Shown here: in pieces, positions 19,718 to 30,047 of the stretch
Numbering within the stretch: position 1 is the stretch's first letter
How the letters are laid out: each line of letters starts with the position of its first letter
Origin: Tubiluchus corallicola
Taxonomy: Eukaryota; Animalia; Priapulida
DNA length: 64,000 nt
Assembly: GCA_030141605.1 (NCBI GenBank)
Contig: JAQGDQ010000365.1
Coordinates: 17,950 to 81,949 of the forward strand
Reading direction: 5' to 3'
The notes under the pieces: generated by a model
Seen by the model: only the letters and a program-made list of their open reading frames with translations
The model's database searches: none
What the model was told of the DNA's origin: nothing
Position numbers and translations under genes: made by a program

Positions 19718-21253
19718 ATGATGAAAAGAGTTTTCTTCGTATTAGCAGTTCTGATCGGAATAGCAGCATCTTCGCATGCTCAATATGTAGACCAGGCACT
19801 GACTTTATCCCAGCACTATTATGGTTCAACTGCACGCTCAAAAGCTATGGGGAGCGCGTTTGGCGCACTTGGAGGAGATATATCTTCACTAAGTATCAAC
19901 CCTGCCGGAATTGCTGTGTATCAGAATTCAGAGTTTGGCTTCACACTAACGGGATTACGCCTGAACGTGACAGATGCGTTATACCAGAAAACCACAGTTG
20001 ATGATTCAAAATATAATTTTAATATTAGAAATTTTGGATATATAGGATCGTATCATTATGATAAACAGGAGAGCAGTGTAGTTTCTTATAGTTTTGGGTT
20101 TGGGATGAATCGCCTTAATAATTTTCATCAGAATATTATTGTAAATTCTCCCAACTCGCCCCATTCATACATAGATGCATTTGTAGAAACCACAAATGGA
20201 ATACCATCTAGCAGCTTAACCAGCGAAGATGCATTTAATATTGGGATACCGTGGGTTAGTAAGCTGGCATGGGAAAATTATCTGATTGATGTTCGAAATC
20301 CCGACAGCGAGGGAAATGGCGATCAATATGTAACATCTCTTCTTGCTGAAGGCGAGTCTATTAATCAAACACGAGCAATAAGAAAAGCAGGCTACCTTAA
20401 TGAATATTTTCTTTCTTTAGGTGCAAATTTTAATCATAAAGTTTATTTTGGAGCAACATTTGGTATTCAGGACCTTTTTTTTACAGAGTCCTCGACCCAT
20501 AGGGAAAGCGCTGATTTTGGGTCATTTGACTACTATAACTACACAAGATTATCAGGAGTGGGGCTTAATTTAAAGTTAGGTCTGATATTACGCCCTATAC
20601 AGTACTTGAGAGTTGGCTTTTCATTTCATACTCCCACATTTTATGATATAAATGAGAGCTATGATGCAGCTATGAGTTCAACGCATACATCTTCTCCCGA
20701 CCCTGAAGATGGCCAGACAAAATTCTACACCAGCACTCCATACGGAGAGTATAATTTTGGACTGGATTCTCCCTACAGGCTTGTTGCCAGTGGGGCGTAC
20801 CAGTTTGACAAAAAGGGTATGGTATCTGTAGATTATGAGTATGTAGACTATAGTAAAGCCAAGCTTAGCCATAAGGGAAGCAGTAGTGATAATTTTATAC
20901 AAGAAAATAATGAGATACGCAGTAAGTACCGGGGTTCAAATATTGTACGGGTTGGTGGTGAATACTGGCTCACAGGCTATGCGGGGATTCGCGCAGGATA
21001 TGAATATTACAGCAACCCTTACGAAGAAGAGATGAATGGGTATTATCAACCTAATGCCAATTATAAAAATTCAGCTTACACAGGTGGGCTCGGCTTTCGG
21101 TTTGCTAACAATTCATATTTTGATATTGCTTACAGCCTGTCTTCCCAAACCGAGTATTCATTTATGTACCAGCTTAATGATGTCAGTGTGGAGCCTGTAC
21201 AGTTTGATTCAAATGTTCACGAGTTGATTTTTACTTTAGGGTTCCGCTTTTAG
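19718..21253 (+). CDS. OmpP1/FadL-like outer membrane beta-barrel protein
   Basis: Signal peptide, GSTARSKAMGSAFGALGGDISSLSINPAG hatch motif, C-terminal LGFRF. Confidence 0.85.
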   Translation: MMKRVFFVLAVLIGIAASSHAQYVDQALTLSQHYYGSTARSKAMGSAFGALGGDISSLSINPAGIAVYQNSEFGFTLTGLRLNVTDALYQKTTVDDSKYNFNIRNFGYIGSYHYDKQESSVVSYSFGFGMNRLNNFHQNIIVNSPNSPHSYIDAFVETTNGIPSSSLTSEDAFNIGIPWVSKLAWENYLIDVRNPDSEGNGDQYVTSLLAEGESINQTRAIRKAGYLNEYFLSLGANFNHKVYFGATFGIQDLFFTESSTHRESADFGSFDYYNYTRLSGVGLNLKLGLILRPIQYLRVGFSFHTPTFYDINESYDAAMSSTHTSSPDPEDGQTKFYTSTPYGEYNFGLDSPYRLVASGAYQFDKKGMVSVDYEYVDYSKAKLSHKGSSSDNFIQENNEIRSKYRGSNIVRVGGEYWLTGYAGIRAGYEYYSNPYEEEMNGYYQPNANYKNSAYTGGLGFRFANNSYFDIAYSLSSQTEYSFMYQLNDVSVEPVQFDSNVHELIFTLGFRF

Positions 21254-21272
21254 ATGATGTGGTGTGTATCTG

Positions 21273-22544
21273 CTATATGATCATACCTGCTCCCACAGTA
21301 TTATTGGTCGCCTCATCTATTAAGATAAGGCTGCCCGTAATACGATTTACGGAGTATGAATCATAGAATATAGGTTTGGTTGTTTTAATTTTTATTCTCG
21401 CTATATCGTTCATCTTTACACTATTATTGTCAAAATCATTTTCCAGTGTATTGATGTTTACTTTATGCACTACATCTGTAATAATACACTTAAGGGCATT
21501 TGAGGTGTGTTTCAATGAATATTTTCCATGCAGTGCCATAGGTTCTTGTCCCAGCCAGCAGATCATTATTTCCATCTCCTGTCCCATTTTGGGTTGATTT
21601 GTTGCATCAACAATCATAGAGCCACGACTAATATCTATATCATCTTCAAGGCATATAGTTGCTGATTGCGGAGGGAAAGCTTTGTCTATGCCGGGGTATG
21701 CAAAATCAATTCTTGATATTTTGGACTTTAATCCTGATGGCAATACCGCCACCTCTTGTCCTACTGTAAATGTTCCTCCCCCTACACGGCCTGCATAACC
21801 TCTGTAATCATGAAATTCGTTCGATCCGGGGCGAATGATATATTGTACAGGGAAGCGGAGGTCTTTTAAGTTGTGATCGTGTACTATCGACATGTTTTCA
21901 AGCAGGCTTAAGAGGGTTTCCCCGCTATACCACGGTGTATTTGCAGACCTGTCAACGACATTATCACCATTTTTTGCACTTACCGGAATAAAATGGACTT
22001 CATGACTCCCCAGTTTTTTTGCAACATTGGTAAAGTCCGACTTTATTTTTTCGTAAACTTCCTGACTAAACCCTACCAGGTCCATCTTGTTAATGCATAC
22101 TACCACATGGGGTATCTGGAGTAGTGCAGCAATGTATGCGTGCCGGCGTGTTTGCTCAATGATACCATTTCTTGCATCGACAAGGATTACCGCGGCATTT
22201 GATGTGGAAGCTCCTGTTACCATGTTGCGTGTATACTGAACATGCCCCGGAGTGTCGGCTATAATAAACTTCCGCTTTGGTGTGGCAAAATAGCGATATG
22301 CTACATCTATGGTGATACCCTGCTCTCTTTCGGCACGCAGCCCATCGGTAAGAAGCGCTAAGTTAACCCCATCGTCACCATTTTTAACACTGGCTCTCTC
22401 AACAGCTTCCATCTGGTCCTCAAAGATAGCTTTACTATCATATAATAGTCTGCCTATAAGTGTACTTTTGCCATTATCCACACTACCTGCGGTAGTAAAT
22501 CGCAAAAGATCCATATCAAGGTAACCATTCTTTTTGCTTGGCAT
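21273..22544 (-). CDS. cysN: Sulfate adenylyltransferase subunit 1 (no APS kinase fusion)
   Basis: TAGSVDNGKSTLIGRLLYD, EREQGITIDVAYRYF, DTPGHVQYTRNM. Confidence 0.95.
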   Translation of the reverse strand: MPSKKNGYLDMDLLRFTTAGSVDNGKSTLIGRLLYDSKAIFEDQMEAVERASVKNGDDGVNLALLTDGLRAEREQGITIDVAYRYFATPKRKFIIADTPGHVQYTRNMVTGASTSNAAVILVDARNGIIEQTRRHAYIAALLQIPHVVVCINKMDLVGFSQEVYEKIKSDFTNVAKKLGSHEVHFIPVSAKNGDNVVDRSANTPWYSGETLLSLLENMSIVHDHNLKDLRFPVQYIIRPGSNEFHDYRGYAGRVGGGTFTVGQEVAVLPSGLKSKISRIDFAYPGIDKAFPPQSATICLEDDIDISRGSMIVDATNQPKMGQEMEIMICWLGQEPMALHGKYSLKHTSNALKCIITDVVHKVNINTLENDFDNNSVKMNDIARIKIKTTKPIFYDSYSVNRITGSLILIDEATNNTVGAGMII

Positions 22545-22571
22545 ATCTACAATTGCATTATTTTAAACCTA

Positions 22572-23477
22572 CTAAAAATAGCCCTCTTTTTTCCTGTCCT
22601 CCATTGCTGATTCAGATCGCTTATCATCAGCGCGTCCCCCGCGCTCGGTTACGCGTGTTGAAGCAACTTCCTGTATAATATCCTCCAGTGTATTTGCTTT
22701 TGACAATGTAACACCTGTACAGGTGATATCGCCTATGGTACGGCATCTTACGTTTTTTTCTTCAGTTTTTTCACCTGGCTTCAGTTTCATAAATGGTGCC
22801 ATTGCCAACCAAGTACCATCACGCTTAAATACCTTCCTTTTATGCGTAAAGTAAAGATTTGGTATTTTAATACTTTCAAGTAGAATATACTGCCACACAT
22901 CCATCTCTGTCCAGTTACTAATTGGGAAAACCCTGAAATGCTCCCCAACGTGCTTCTTTCCGTTAAAAAGATTCCATAGCTCAGGGCGTTGGTTCTTGGG
23001 GTCCCACTGACCAAATTCATCACGATGGGAGAAAAAACGCTCTTTAGATCTTGCCTTTTCTTCATCTCGACGCCCCCCACCCATTGCACAATCAAATTTT
23101 AACTGTCCTATTGAGTCGAGAAGAGTTGTGGTTTGTAACAGGTTGCGACTGGCATCAAGGCCTGTCTCTTCAGCAACTCTTCCCTTGTCAATACTGTCTT
23201 GAACGTAACGTACTATCATGCGAGCACCCGTAGTGTGCGCAAGTTCATCTCTGAACTTAATAGTTTCATCGAAGTTGTGGCCTGTATCTATGTGCATCAG
23301 GGGGAAAGGCACTTTACCAGGGTAAAATGCTTTTTTTGCTAAATGGAACATAACAATAGAGTCTTTCCCTCCGGAAAATAACATAACAGGTTTTTCAAAC
23401 TGAGCTACAACTTCTCGTAATACAAATATTGATTCTGCTTCAAGCTCCCGTAAATGATTGACTGTATATCGTTCCAT
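22572..23477 (-). CDS. cysD: Sulfate adenylyltransferase subunit 2
   Basis: LFSGGKDS, GGRRDEEKARSKER, WDPKNQRPELW, MEDRKKEGYF. Confidence 0.97.
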   Translation of the reverse strand: MERYTVNHLRELEAESIFVLREVVAQFEKPVMLFSGGKDSIVMFHLAKKAFYPGKVPFPLMHIDTGHNFDETIKFRDELAHTTGARMIVRYVQDSIDKGRVAEETGLDASRNLLQTTTLLDSIGQLKFDCAMGGGRRDEEKARSKERFFSHRDEFGQWDPKNQRPELWNLFNGKKHVGEHFRVFPISNWTEMDVWQYILLESIKIPNLYFTHKRKVFKRDGTWLAMAPFMKLKPGEKTEEKNVRCRTIGDITCTGVTLSKANTLEDIIQEVASTRVTERGGRADDKRSESAMEDRKKEGYF

Positions 23478-23532
23478 TACAATAAATAGTTTGTCAAGCC
23501 TGCTATTCTATACAAGGATTTAGACATAACAT

Positions 23533-23672
23533 GAGACTTTTGCAAAACTCATTTTTTTCATTAAATACTTTCGTTAAAGCTCTTTTCAAAATCCTCACTT
23601 GAGCTAGCAAACCGTGAATTTTATAGAACTCTCTCTCAACCTAAGCCAAAATTTTCGTCTTGCAAAGACCTA
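23533..23672 (+). mobile_element. Dispersed TIR repeat copy (long form)
   Basis: GAGACTTTTGCAAAACTC...TTCAAAATCCTCACTT...CAACCTAAGCCAAAATTTTCGTCTTGCAAAGACCT. Confidence 0.88.
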
Positions 23673-23945
23673 AACATATAAATAAAATATGCAGTAGGAC
23701 ACAAAAATATACAATATAAAATAAGGACAAAAATATAGGGAGACAATTAGTCGTTATGACATTATTAGGCCGGGCTCTACGCTGTTTGGCAAATTTTACC
23801 TGTGTGATTTTTTTGCAAAATAGATCTTCATTTTATAATAAATTGCGGTGTGGTTGCCCGCTTTTTATATACTAAGATCTTCTTAGAACTCTCGGGTTAG
23901 TGTATTTACTATCATTAAGCTACCTTTGTGCAAATAGTTTGAACT

Positions 23946-24662
23946 ATGGGTAGTATATATTTAATTCCTGCTCCTATCGGGGATGGAACGGAGGAGTGTG
24001 TTCTGTCCTCGCCAATAAGTAGCATCGTAAGCAATATTCGCTTTTTTATAGTTGAAAACGTGCGCACTGCAAGGCGTTACCTTAAAAGGCTTAACAAGAG
24101 TATTGATATTGATAGCCTCAGCTTTGTAGAGTTGAATAAGTCTACTGACTATACAGATACAGAATCATTTCTTGCTCCTGCTCTGGAGGGGAAAGATATT
24201 GGAGTTATTTCAGAAGCCGGTTGTCCCGGAGTTGCTGATCCGGGAGCGGAGATTGTGAAGCTAGCCCATACATTAAATATCAGGGTCATACCTTTGGTGG
24301 GGCCTTCCTCTATCCTTCTTGCTCTGATGGCTTCGGGGATGAATGGGCAAAATTTTGCGTTTATTGGTTACCTCCCCATAAAAAAGCAGAGCCGCATAAA
24401 GTCAATACAGAGTGTTGAAAAAAGATCTTTTTTGGAAAACCAGACTCAGGTGTTTATTGAGACACCTTACAGAAATATGAACATGCTCAAAGATTTGCTG
24501 GCGACCTGTAATTGCAATACTCTTCTGTGCATAGCCTGCGATATAACTATGAAAACAGAATATATTAAAACAAAAACTGTTAAGGAGTGGAAGAATGCGT
24601 TACCTGACATTCACAAGCGTCCAACCATTTTTTTGTTGCAAAGGCCTCACATAATGCATTAA
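23946..24662 (+). CDS. SAM-dependent methyltransferase, tetrapyrrole methylase/RsmI-like family
   Basis: IYLIPAPIG, SEAGCPGVADPG, VGPSSILLALMASG, FIETPYRN. Confidence 0.88.
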   Translation: MGSIYLIPAPIGDGTEECVLSSPISSIVSNIRFFIVENVRTARRYLKRLNKSIDIDSLSFVELNKSTDYTDTESFLAPALEGKDIGVISEAGCPGVADPGAEIVKLAHTLNIRVIPLVGPSSILLALMASGMNGQNFAFIGYLPIKKQSRIKSIQSVEKRSFLENQTQVFIETPYRNMNMLKDLLATCNCNTLLCIACDITMKTEYIKTKTVKEWKNALPDIHKRPTIFLLQRPHIMH

Positions 24663-24701
24663 AAATATTCAGGTTTTATGTGTGAGGCGGCGTACCCTCT
24701 T

Positions 24702-26819
24702 TTATTGCATAATCAGCTCCATCTCATCAAGCAGATACCCCGCGCCGGCAAATTTATCTATAATAAATAGTGCATAGCGTATATCTATCATGATATTGCG
24801 GCAGCGTTCCGGGTCAAACATGATATCACTCATTGTCCCCTCCCAACAGCGATCAAAGTTAACCCCTATCAGGGCTCCCTCCGCATTAATTATCGGGCTT
24901 CCTGAATTGCCTCCCGTGGTGTGGTTCGAAGCTGTAAAGCATACAGGCATAGTTCCATCGGCATTTTTGTATATTCCATAATCCTTATTATAGAAAAGTT
25001 TTCTCAGTTTTTCCGGCACGTCATAATCATAAATGTTGGGGTTATCTTTTTCCATTATGCCCTCAAGGGTAGTATAATGGATATACCTCACTCCGTCGCG
25101 CGGAAAGTATCCTTCTACTTTGCCATAGCCTACACGTAATGTAAGGTTTGCATCAGCCATTATCATCTTTTCGCTATTCATTTCAAGGATAGCTTTCATG
25201 TAAAGTTTCTGATTTTCGCTTATTCGTTCGCGAAGCTTTCTAGTATTTGCTGACACAGTGGCGGTGAAATGATCTTGTAATGAGACATATAGGCTAAGCA
25301 TGGGATCCTTGTCCAGCTTCTTCAACTGCTTGTCACTAAAGTTGTCAAGCAGCTGGTATAGCTTATTCTCATCTGTCAATATAGATTTTCTATAGTACTT
25401 TTGCACAAACTTGCCGGAGTTTATATCCTTCATTATTTGTGAGGACCCAGCAGGCAGGAAATCAGCAGAAAGCTCCGTAAGATACTTGCCAAGTAAACTT
25501 TCACAAACCTTTTCATCAACAGCCTGGCTGTAATCTTTAAAATAGTTTTTAATGTATTTTTTCAGATTATCAATATTTGATAATGAGCGCATTCTGGATG
25601 CCAGTGTAAAAATATCCGTGCCTCGGCCTACGATCTCGGTATAATAGTCGTTAGCGCTTAAGTATTTACTGTACTCTTTATATAACTTCTCGAAGTTGTC
25701 CAGTATGTGAGAGTACTTCTCTTTTCGTGAGTTATTTGCGTTCACCCACTCTGTAAAAGCTTTCTCCTCCTCTTGTTTGACCTCTATTGCCTTTAGTCTT
25801 TTCAGCCCTTTTATTTCACCTTGCCATTTTTTCCACGCATTTGAGGTTCTCGCATACTTAGAGGCATATTGAATTCGTACTTTTCTGTCTGCCTCCATCT
25901 CCTTCGAAAGAATATTGAGTTTTGCTGTGCGTATCGCTATTTTCTCAGGGTTACTCTGTTTCATAATGAGCTCTACAGCCTGAGAAGGCAGATACTGCTG
26001 TGTTGTTCCGGGGTATCCGAAAATCATAGTAAAGTCACCTTCTTCTACTCCCTTCATAGAGATAGGGAAGTATTTGCGGGGAGTATATGGCACATTGTCC
26101 GGAGAGTATGGTGCAGGCTTATTGTCCTTATCGGCATAAATCCTAAAAATGGCAAAGTCGCCTGTATGGCGCGGCCACATCCAGTTGTCAGTATCACCCC
26201 CAAATTTACCTATTGCCGATGGAGGAGCACCAACGAGTCTCACATCTTTAAACTCTTCATAGATGTATACAAAATACTGATTGCCGTAAAAAAGAGGTTT
26301 TACAGTTGATATATAGTGTGTCCCTTCTACTGATTGCTCTTCAACTGCTTTGATATTTTGATGGATAAGGTCTTTTTTCACCTCCTTGTCCATATCATCG
26401 GTAGTGCCTTTAAATATTTGCTCCGTAACATCCTCCATCCTGATAAGAAATCTGACTTTAAGGTTCTCATTAGAGAGCTCTTCCTCACGACTCATGGCCC
26501 AAAAACCGTCAGTCAGGTAGTCATTATTTATTGAGCTGTGTGATTGTATTGCTTCATATCCGCAGTGGTGGTTGGTGATCATTAACCCTTCAGGTGATAT
26601 AACTTCGCCGGTGCAACCTCCTGCAAACAGAACTACTGCATCCTTAAGGCTTGCATTATTGATACTGTAAACGTCTTCTGCAGAAAGCTTGAACCCCATT
26701 TGCTGCATCTCCTCAATATTGTATTTATTTAGTAGGGTTGGTATCCACATCCCCTTTTTTGCAGCTACCTGCAGTATAGAGAAGCAGAAAAAAATCAATA
26801 TTAAAAAGGCTCTTTTCAT
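24702..26819 (-). CDS. S46 family dipeptidyl peptidase, DPP11-like
   Basis: GMWIP start, TNHHC, DNWMWPRHTGDF, catalytic TGGNSGSP, NFDR downstream. Confidence 0.93.
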   Translation of the reverse strand: MKRAFLILIFFCFSILQVAAKKGMWIPTLLNKYNIEEMQQMGFKLSAEDVYSINNASLKDAVVLFAGGCTGEVISPEGLMITNHHCGYEAIQSHSSINNDYLTDGFWAMSREEELSNENLKVRFLIRMEDVTEQIFKGTTDDMDKEVKKDLIHQNIKAVEEQSVEGTHYISTVKPLFYGNQYFVYIYEEFKDVRLVGAPPSAIGKFGGDTDNWMWPRHTGDFAIFRIYADKDNKPAPYSPDNVPYTPRKYFPISMKGVEEGDFTMIFGYPGTTQQYLPSQAVELIMKQSNPEKIAIRTAKLNILSKEMEADRKVRIQYASKYARTSNAWKKWQGEIKGLKRLKAIEVKQEEEKAFTEWVNANNSRKEKYSHILDNFEKLYKEYSKYLSANDYYTEIVGRGTDIFTLASRMRSLSNIDNLKKYIKNYFKDYSQAVDEKVCESLLGKYLTELSADFLPAGSSQIMKDINSGKFVQKYYRKSILTDENKLYQLLDNFSDKQLKKLDKDPMLSLYVSLQDHFTATVSANTRKLRERISENQKLYMKAILEMNSEKMIMADANLTLRVGYGKVEGYFPRDGVRYIHYTTLEGIMEKDNPNIYDYDVPEKLRKLFYNKDYGIYKNADGTMPVCFTASNHTTGGNSGSPIINAEGALIGVNFDRCWEGTMSDIMFDPERCRNIMIDIRYALFIIDKFAGAGYLLDEMELIMQ

Positions 26820-26910
26820 AAAAATGCGGATTTAAGGTTATAATTAAATTAATTCAGGGATGTTGTTAATTACGTTAATTGAATATTAGCCAGACAAAGA
26901 TATAAATTAT

Positions 26911-27035
26911 GAGACCTTTACAAAATTTATCTTTTGTTAATATTTTCGTCAAAATCCTCATTTACATTGGTAAATTGTGGATTTTCACCGTACTCCCCCT
27001 TAACTTGAGCCAAAACTGGACCTTATTATTCTGTA
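26911..27035 (+). mobile_element. Dispersed TIR repeat copy, right end decayed
   Basis: GAGACCTTTACAAAATTTATCTTTTGTTAATATTTTCGTCAAAATCCTCATTTACATTGGTAAATTGTGGATTTTCACCG. Confidence 0.88.
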
Positions 27036-27120
27036 CATTGATTAATCATAAATGTTTATGGGTTACTTTTAATGGTATTCAGTGTAAGCCTTAGCTACGC
27101 TTTTGTAGTCTAATTTTTTG

Positions 27121-27248
27121 TAGTCCTTGCAAAACACATTTTTTTATTAACTATTTTTGTCAGAATTATCTTTAAAACCCTTGTTTATGCTAGTGGACTG
27201 TGATTTTTTATCATGATATGCCGTTTTTTATAGTTTGCATAGGGTGTC
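27121..27248 (+). mobile_element. Dispersed TIR repeat copy
   Basis: TAGTCCTTGCAAAACACATTTTTTTATTAACTATTTTTGTCAGAA...TTTGCATAGGGTGTC. Confidence 0.75.
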
Positions 27249-27281
27249 ATCTTAATGTCCTGTAAAAATAATTTAATGTGT

Positions 27282-28541
27282 ATGAATAACTTCAAACTTA
27301 ATACAATAGAGGAAGCTATTAAGGATGTTCGCGAGGGCAGATTCATTATAGTGGTTGACGATAAGGATCGCGAAAATGAAGGGGATTTTATTGCTGCGGC
27401 TGAAAAAATCACTCCTGAGATGGTTAATTTTATGGCTAAAGAGGGGAGGGGGCTGATGTGTGTCCCTTTGACAGAAGATAGGTGTGAGGAGCTTGAGCTA
27501 AAAATGATGACGGATGAGAATACTTCGCTACATGAAACCCCTTTCACTGTTTCGGTTGATGCTGTGGGGAGTGATGTTTCAACCGGTATATCTGCTCACG
27601 ACCGCGCTGTTACGATAAGGAAGCTTGCAGACCCTGATACGAAGCCTGAAGAGTTGGGGCGTCCAGGCCATATATTTCCCCTCAGGGCCAGGTCGAGAGG
27701 AGTATTACGCCGTGCGGGACATACAGAAGCGGCAGTTGATATTTCTAGGCTTGCGGGGTTAAACCCTGTCGCGGTGCTTATTGAGATAATGAACTCTGAC
27801 GGAACGATGGCCAGGTTACCTGAGTTAATAAGAATAGCTGAGAAGTTTGATTTAAAAATAATAAGTATTGCAGATCTGATTGCGTACAGGCTAAAGACAG
27901 AGAGCCTTATTGAGCGAGGGGAAGAGGTTCAGCTTCCCACTTCACATGGAAATTTCAAGTTGATACCTTTTCTTCAGAAATCTACGGGTGTGGAGCACAT
28001 GGCTCTAATAAAGGGAGAGTGGAGCAGCGATGAAGCGGTTTTGGTACGTGTACACTCTTCATGTGCAACTGGCGATATATTTGGCTCTATGCGATGTGAA
28101 TGTGGTGAGCAGCTGCGTAAAGCGATGGAGCTTATAGAGGAGAAGGGTAAAGGTGTGATTGTGTACATGCAGCAGGAAGGGCGTGGGATTGGACTGATGA
28201 ATAAAATAAAGGCATACAAACTACAGGAAGAGGGGTTAGATACGGTGGAGGCAAATGTACACCTTGGGTTTGAGCCTGATGAAAGGGATTATGGGGTTGG
28301 TGCTCAGATTTTATGCAGCCTGGGGGTAAAGAAGATGCAACTCCTGACAAATAACCCTGTAAAGCGTGTTGGGCTTGAGGGATATGGATTGCATATTGAG
28401 GGTTCAATACCTATTGAGGTGCAACCCAATGTGTTTAATAAGTTTTATATGAAAACCAAGCGCGACAAAATGGGGCACTCTCTCGAAAGTTTTAAGTACA
28501 ATGAGAAAAGTAACCCCAAGCCGGATATTAAATCTGACTGA
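27282..28541 (+). CDS. ribBA: Bifunctional DHBP synthase / GTP cyclohydrolase II
   Basis: [41 protein letters not shown]; start chosen at MNNFKL. Confidence 0.96.
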   Translation: MNNFKLNTIEEAIKDVREGRFIIVVDDKDRENEGDFIAAAEKITPEMVNFMAKEGRGLMCVPLTEDRCEELELKMMTDENTSLHETPFTVSVDAVGSDVSTGISAHDRAVTIRKLADPDTKPEELGRPGHIFPLRARSRGVLRRAGHTEAAVDISRLAGLNPVAVLIEIMNSDGTMARLPELIRIAEKFDLKIISIADLIAYRLKTESLIERGEEVQLPTSHGNFKLIPFLQKSTGVEHMALIKGEWSSDEAVLVRVHSSCATGDIFGSMRCECGEQLRKAMELIEEKGKGVIVYMQQEGRGIGLMNKIKAYKLQEEGLDTVEANVHLGFEPDERDYGVGAQILCSLGVKKMQLLTNNPVKRVGLEGYGLHIEGSIPIEVQPNVFNKFYMKTKRDKMGHSLESFKYNEKSNPKPDIKSD

Positions 28542-28570
28542 CCTTTAGTTCTCTGAAAGCAAGTCAATAA

Positions 28571-29548
28571 ATGAAAGAGAAAGATATTCGTATTGTCTTT
28601 ATGGGCACGCCTGAGTTTGCTGTTGCTAGCCTTAAAGTTCTTGTTGAAGAAGGGCATAATATTGTAGCAGTGGTTACTGCTGTAGATAAACCTGCAGGCA
28701 GAGGGGGTAAGTTGAGACAGTCGGCTGTTAAAGCTTATGCCGAACAACAAGGTCTAAGTGTCCTCCAGCCAAAGAACCTGAAAGCTCCCGAATTTATAGA
28801 TGAGTTGAGAGAGTTAAATGCCCATTTGCAAATAGTGGTGGCATTTCGTATGCTCCCCGAAATAGTCTGGGACATGCCACCTATGGGGACGTTTAATTTA
28901 CACGCTTCACTTCTTCCACAATACAGGGGGGCTGCTCCGTTAAACAGGGTAATAATGAATGGAGAAAAGGAGTCTGGCGTTACAACATTCATGTTGTGTC
29001 ATGAGATTGATACGGGAAATATTCTTTTTAGAGAGCGGGTTGATATTGCTCCGGATGAAAATGTGGGGCAATTACACGATAAACTTATGAGTATTGGAGC
29101 AGGCCTGATAGTAAAAACCATTCATGCTATTGTCAATGGACTTGTCACCCCAATATCCCAAAATGAACTTCTGAAAGGGAGCTCGGAGATAAAATATGCG
29201 CCTAAGATATATAGAGGCGACTGCAAGATAAAGTGGGACAGAGAAGGTGAAGCTATATATAACCACATAAGAGGGTTAAGCCCTTACCCGGGCTCGTGGA
29301 CAACATTAGTTTCTGAAGAAGAGTGCAAAAGCGTGGATATGAAAATATTCAACTCTTCGTTTGTAAGGCATAGCCACAGTCTTGCTCCCGGCACCATTGT
29401 TAATGATCATAAAGATGTGCTAAAGATCATGTGCTTAGATGGTTATTTGGAAATAAAAGACTTGCAGATTACCGGAAAGAAACGCATGAAGGCCGGTGAG
29501 TTTATGCGGGGGTTTCATAAGATATGCAATTATAATGCAATAACATAA
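28571..29548 (+). CDS. fmt: Methionyl-tRNA formyltransferase
   Basis: IVFMGTPEFA, NLHASLLPQYRGAAP, IRGLSPYPG. Confidence 0.97.
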   Translation: MKEKDIRIVFMGTPEFAVASLKVLVEEGHNIVAVVTAVDKPAGRGGKLRQSAVKAYAEQQGLSVLQPKNLKAPEFIDELRELNAHLQIVVAFRMLPEIVWDMPPMGTFNLHASLLPQYRGAAPLNRVIMNGEKESGVTTFMLCHEIDTGNILFRERVDIAPDENVGQLHDKLMSIGAGLIVKTIHAIVNGLVTPISQNELLKGSSEIKYAPKIYRGDCKIKWDREGEAIYNHIRGLSPYPGSWTTLVSEEECKSVDMKIFNSSFVRHSHSLAPGTIVNDHKDVLKIMCLDGYLEIKDLQITGKKRMKAGEFMRGFHKICNYNAIT

Positions 29549-29591
29549 ACAAAAAGTGCTTGAAATACTTGCGCTTAAGAGAAAAACAGTC

Positions 29592-29599
29592 TATATTTG
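29592..29599 (+). promoter_or_regulatory. Bacteroidota sigma-A -7 box TATATTTG
   Basis: Matches TAnnTTTG about 33 bp before the ATG at 29632. Confidence 0.55.
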
Positions 29600-29631
29600 T
29601 AAATAATAAGATTTATAATTTATTTAGCCTG

Positions 29632-29859
29632 ATGGAGATTATTAAATTAGTTTTGATTGCAATAGCACTGATATCAGTATCTGTTTTCTTCTTAACCATA
29701 CGTACTATTTTAAAAAAAGATGGTAAGTTTCCTGAAACACACGTAGGTAGGAATAAAGCATTGAGAAAATTAGGTATCGTGTGTGTAAAGTCTTTCGACG
29801 AGGCAGAGCAGCAAAAGGCGGCTAAAGAAAAAGAGCTAAAGAATCTAAGAATAGAATAG
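29632..29859 (+). CDS. Small single-TM hypothetical protein
   Basis: Hydrophobic N-terminus then KKDGKFPETHVGRNKALRKLGIVC; upstream -7 box. Confidence 0.75.
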   Translation: MEIIKLVLIAIALISVSVFFLTIRTILKKDGKFPETHVGRNKALRKLGIVCVKSFDEAEQQKAAKEKELKNLRIE

Positions 29860-30047
29860 GAAAGTAGCTTTTCACACGCTATAAGCACCGCCTTCGCTAA
29901 AGGTTTTGTTATAATTCCAAACTCCTCGTTATTGGGTACGCCGTTTCTGTGCCAAATATATTTTTCCATAATCTAGCAAGTTTAATTTCTCTTATTGATT
30001 TTATTGGTATATTCTCATTTTTTCTTGAATAGCAAAATAATATTGGA

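Noticed and set aside
22474-22482. Perfect DnaA box TTATCCACA
   Set aside because: A single copy inside the cysN coding sequence; expected by chance.
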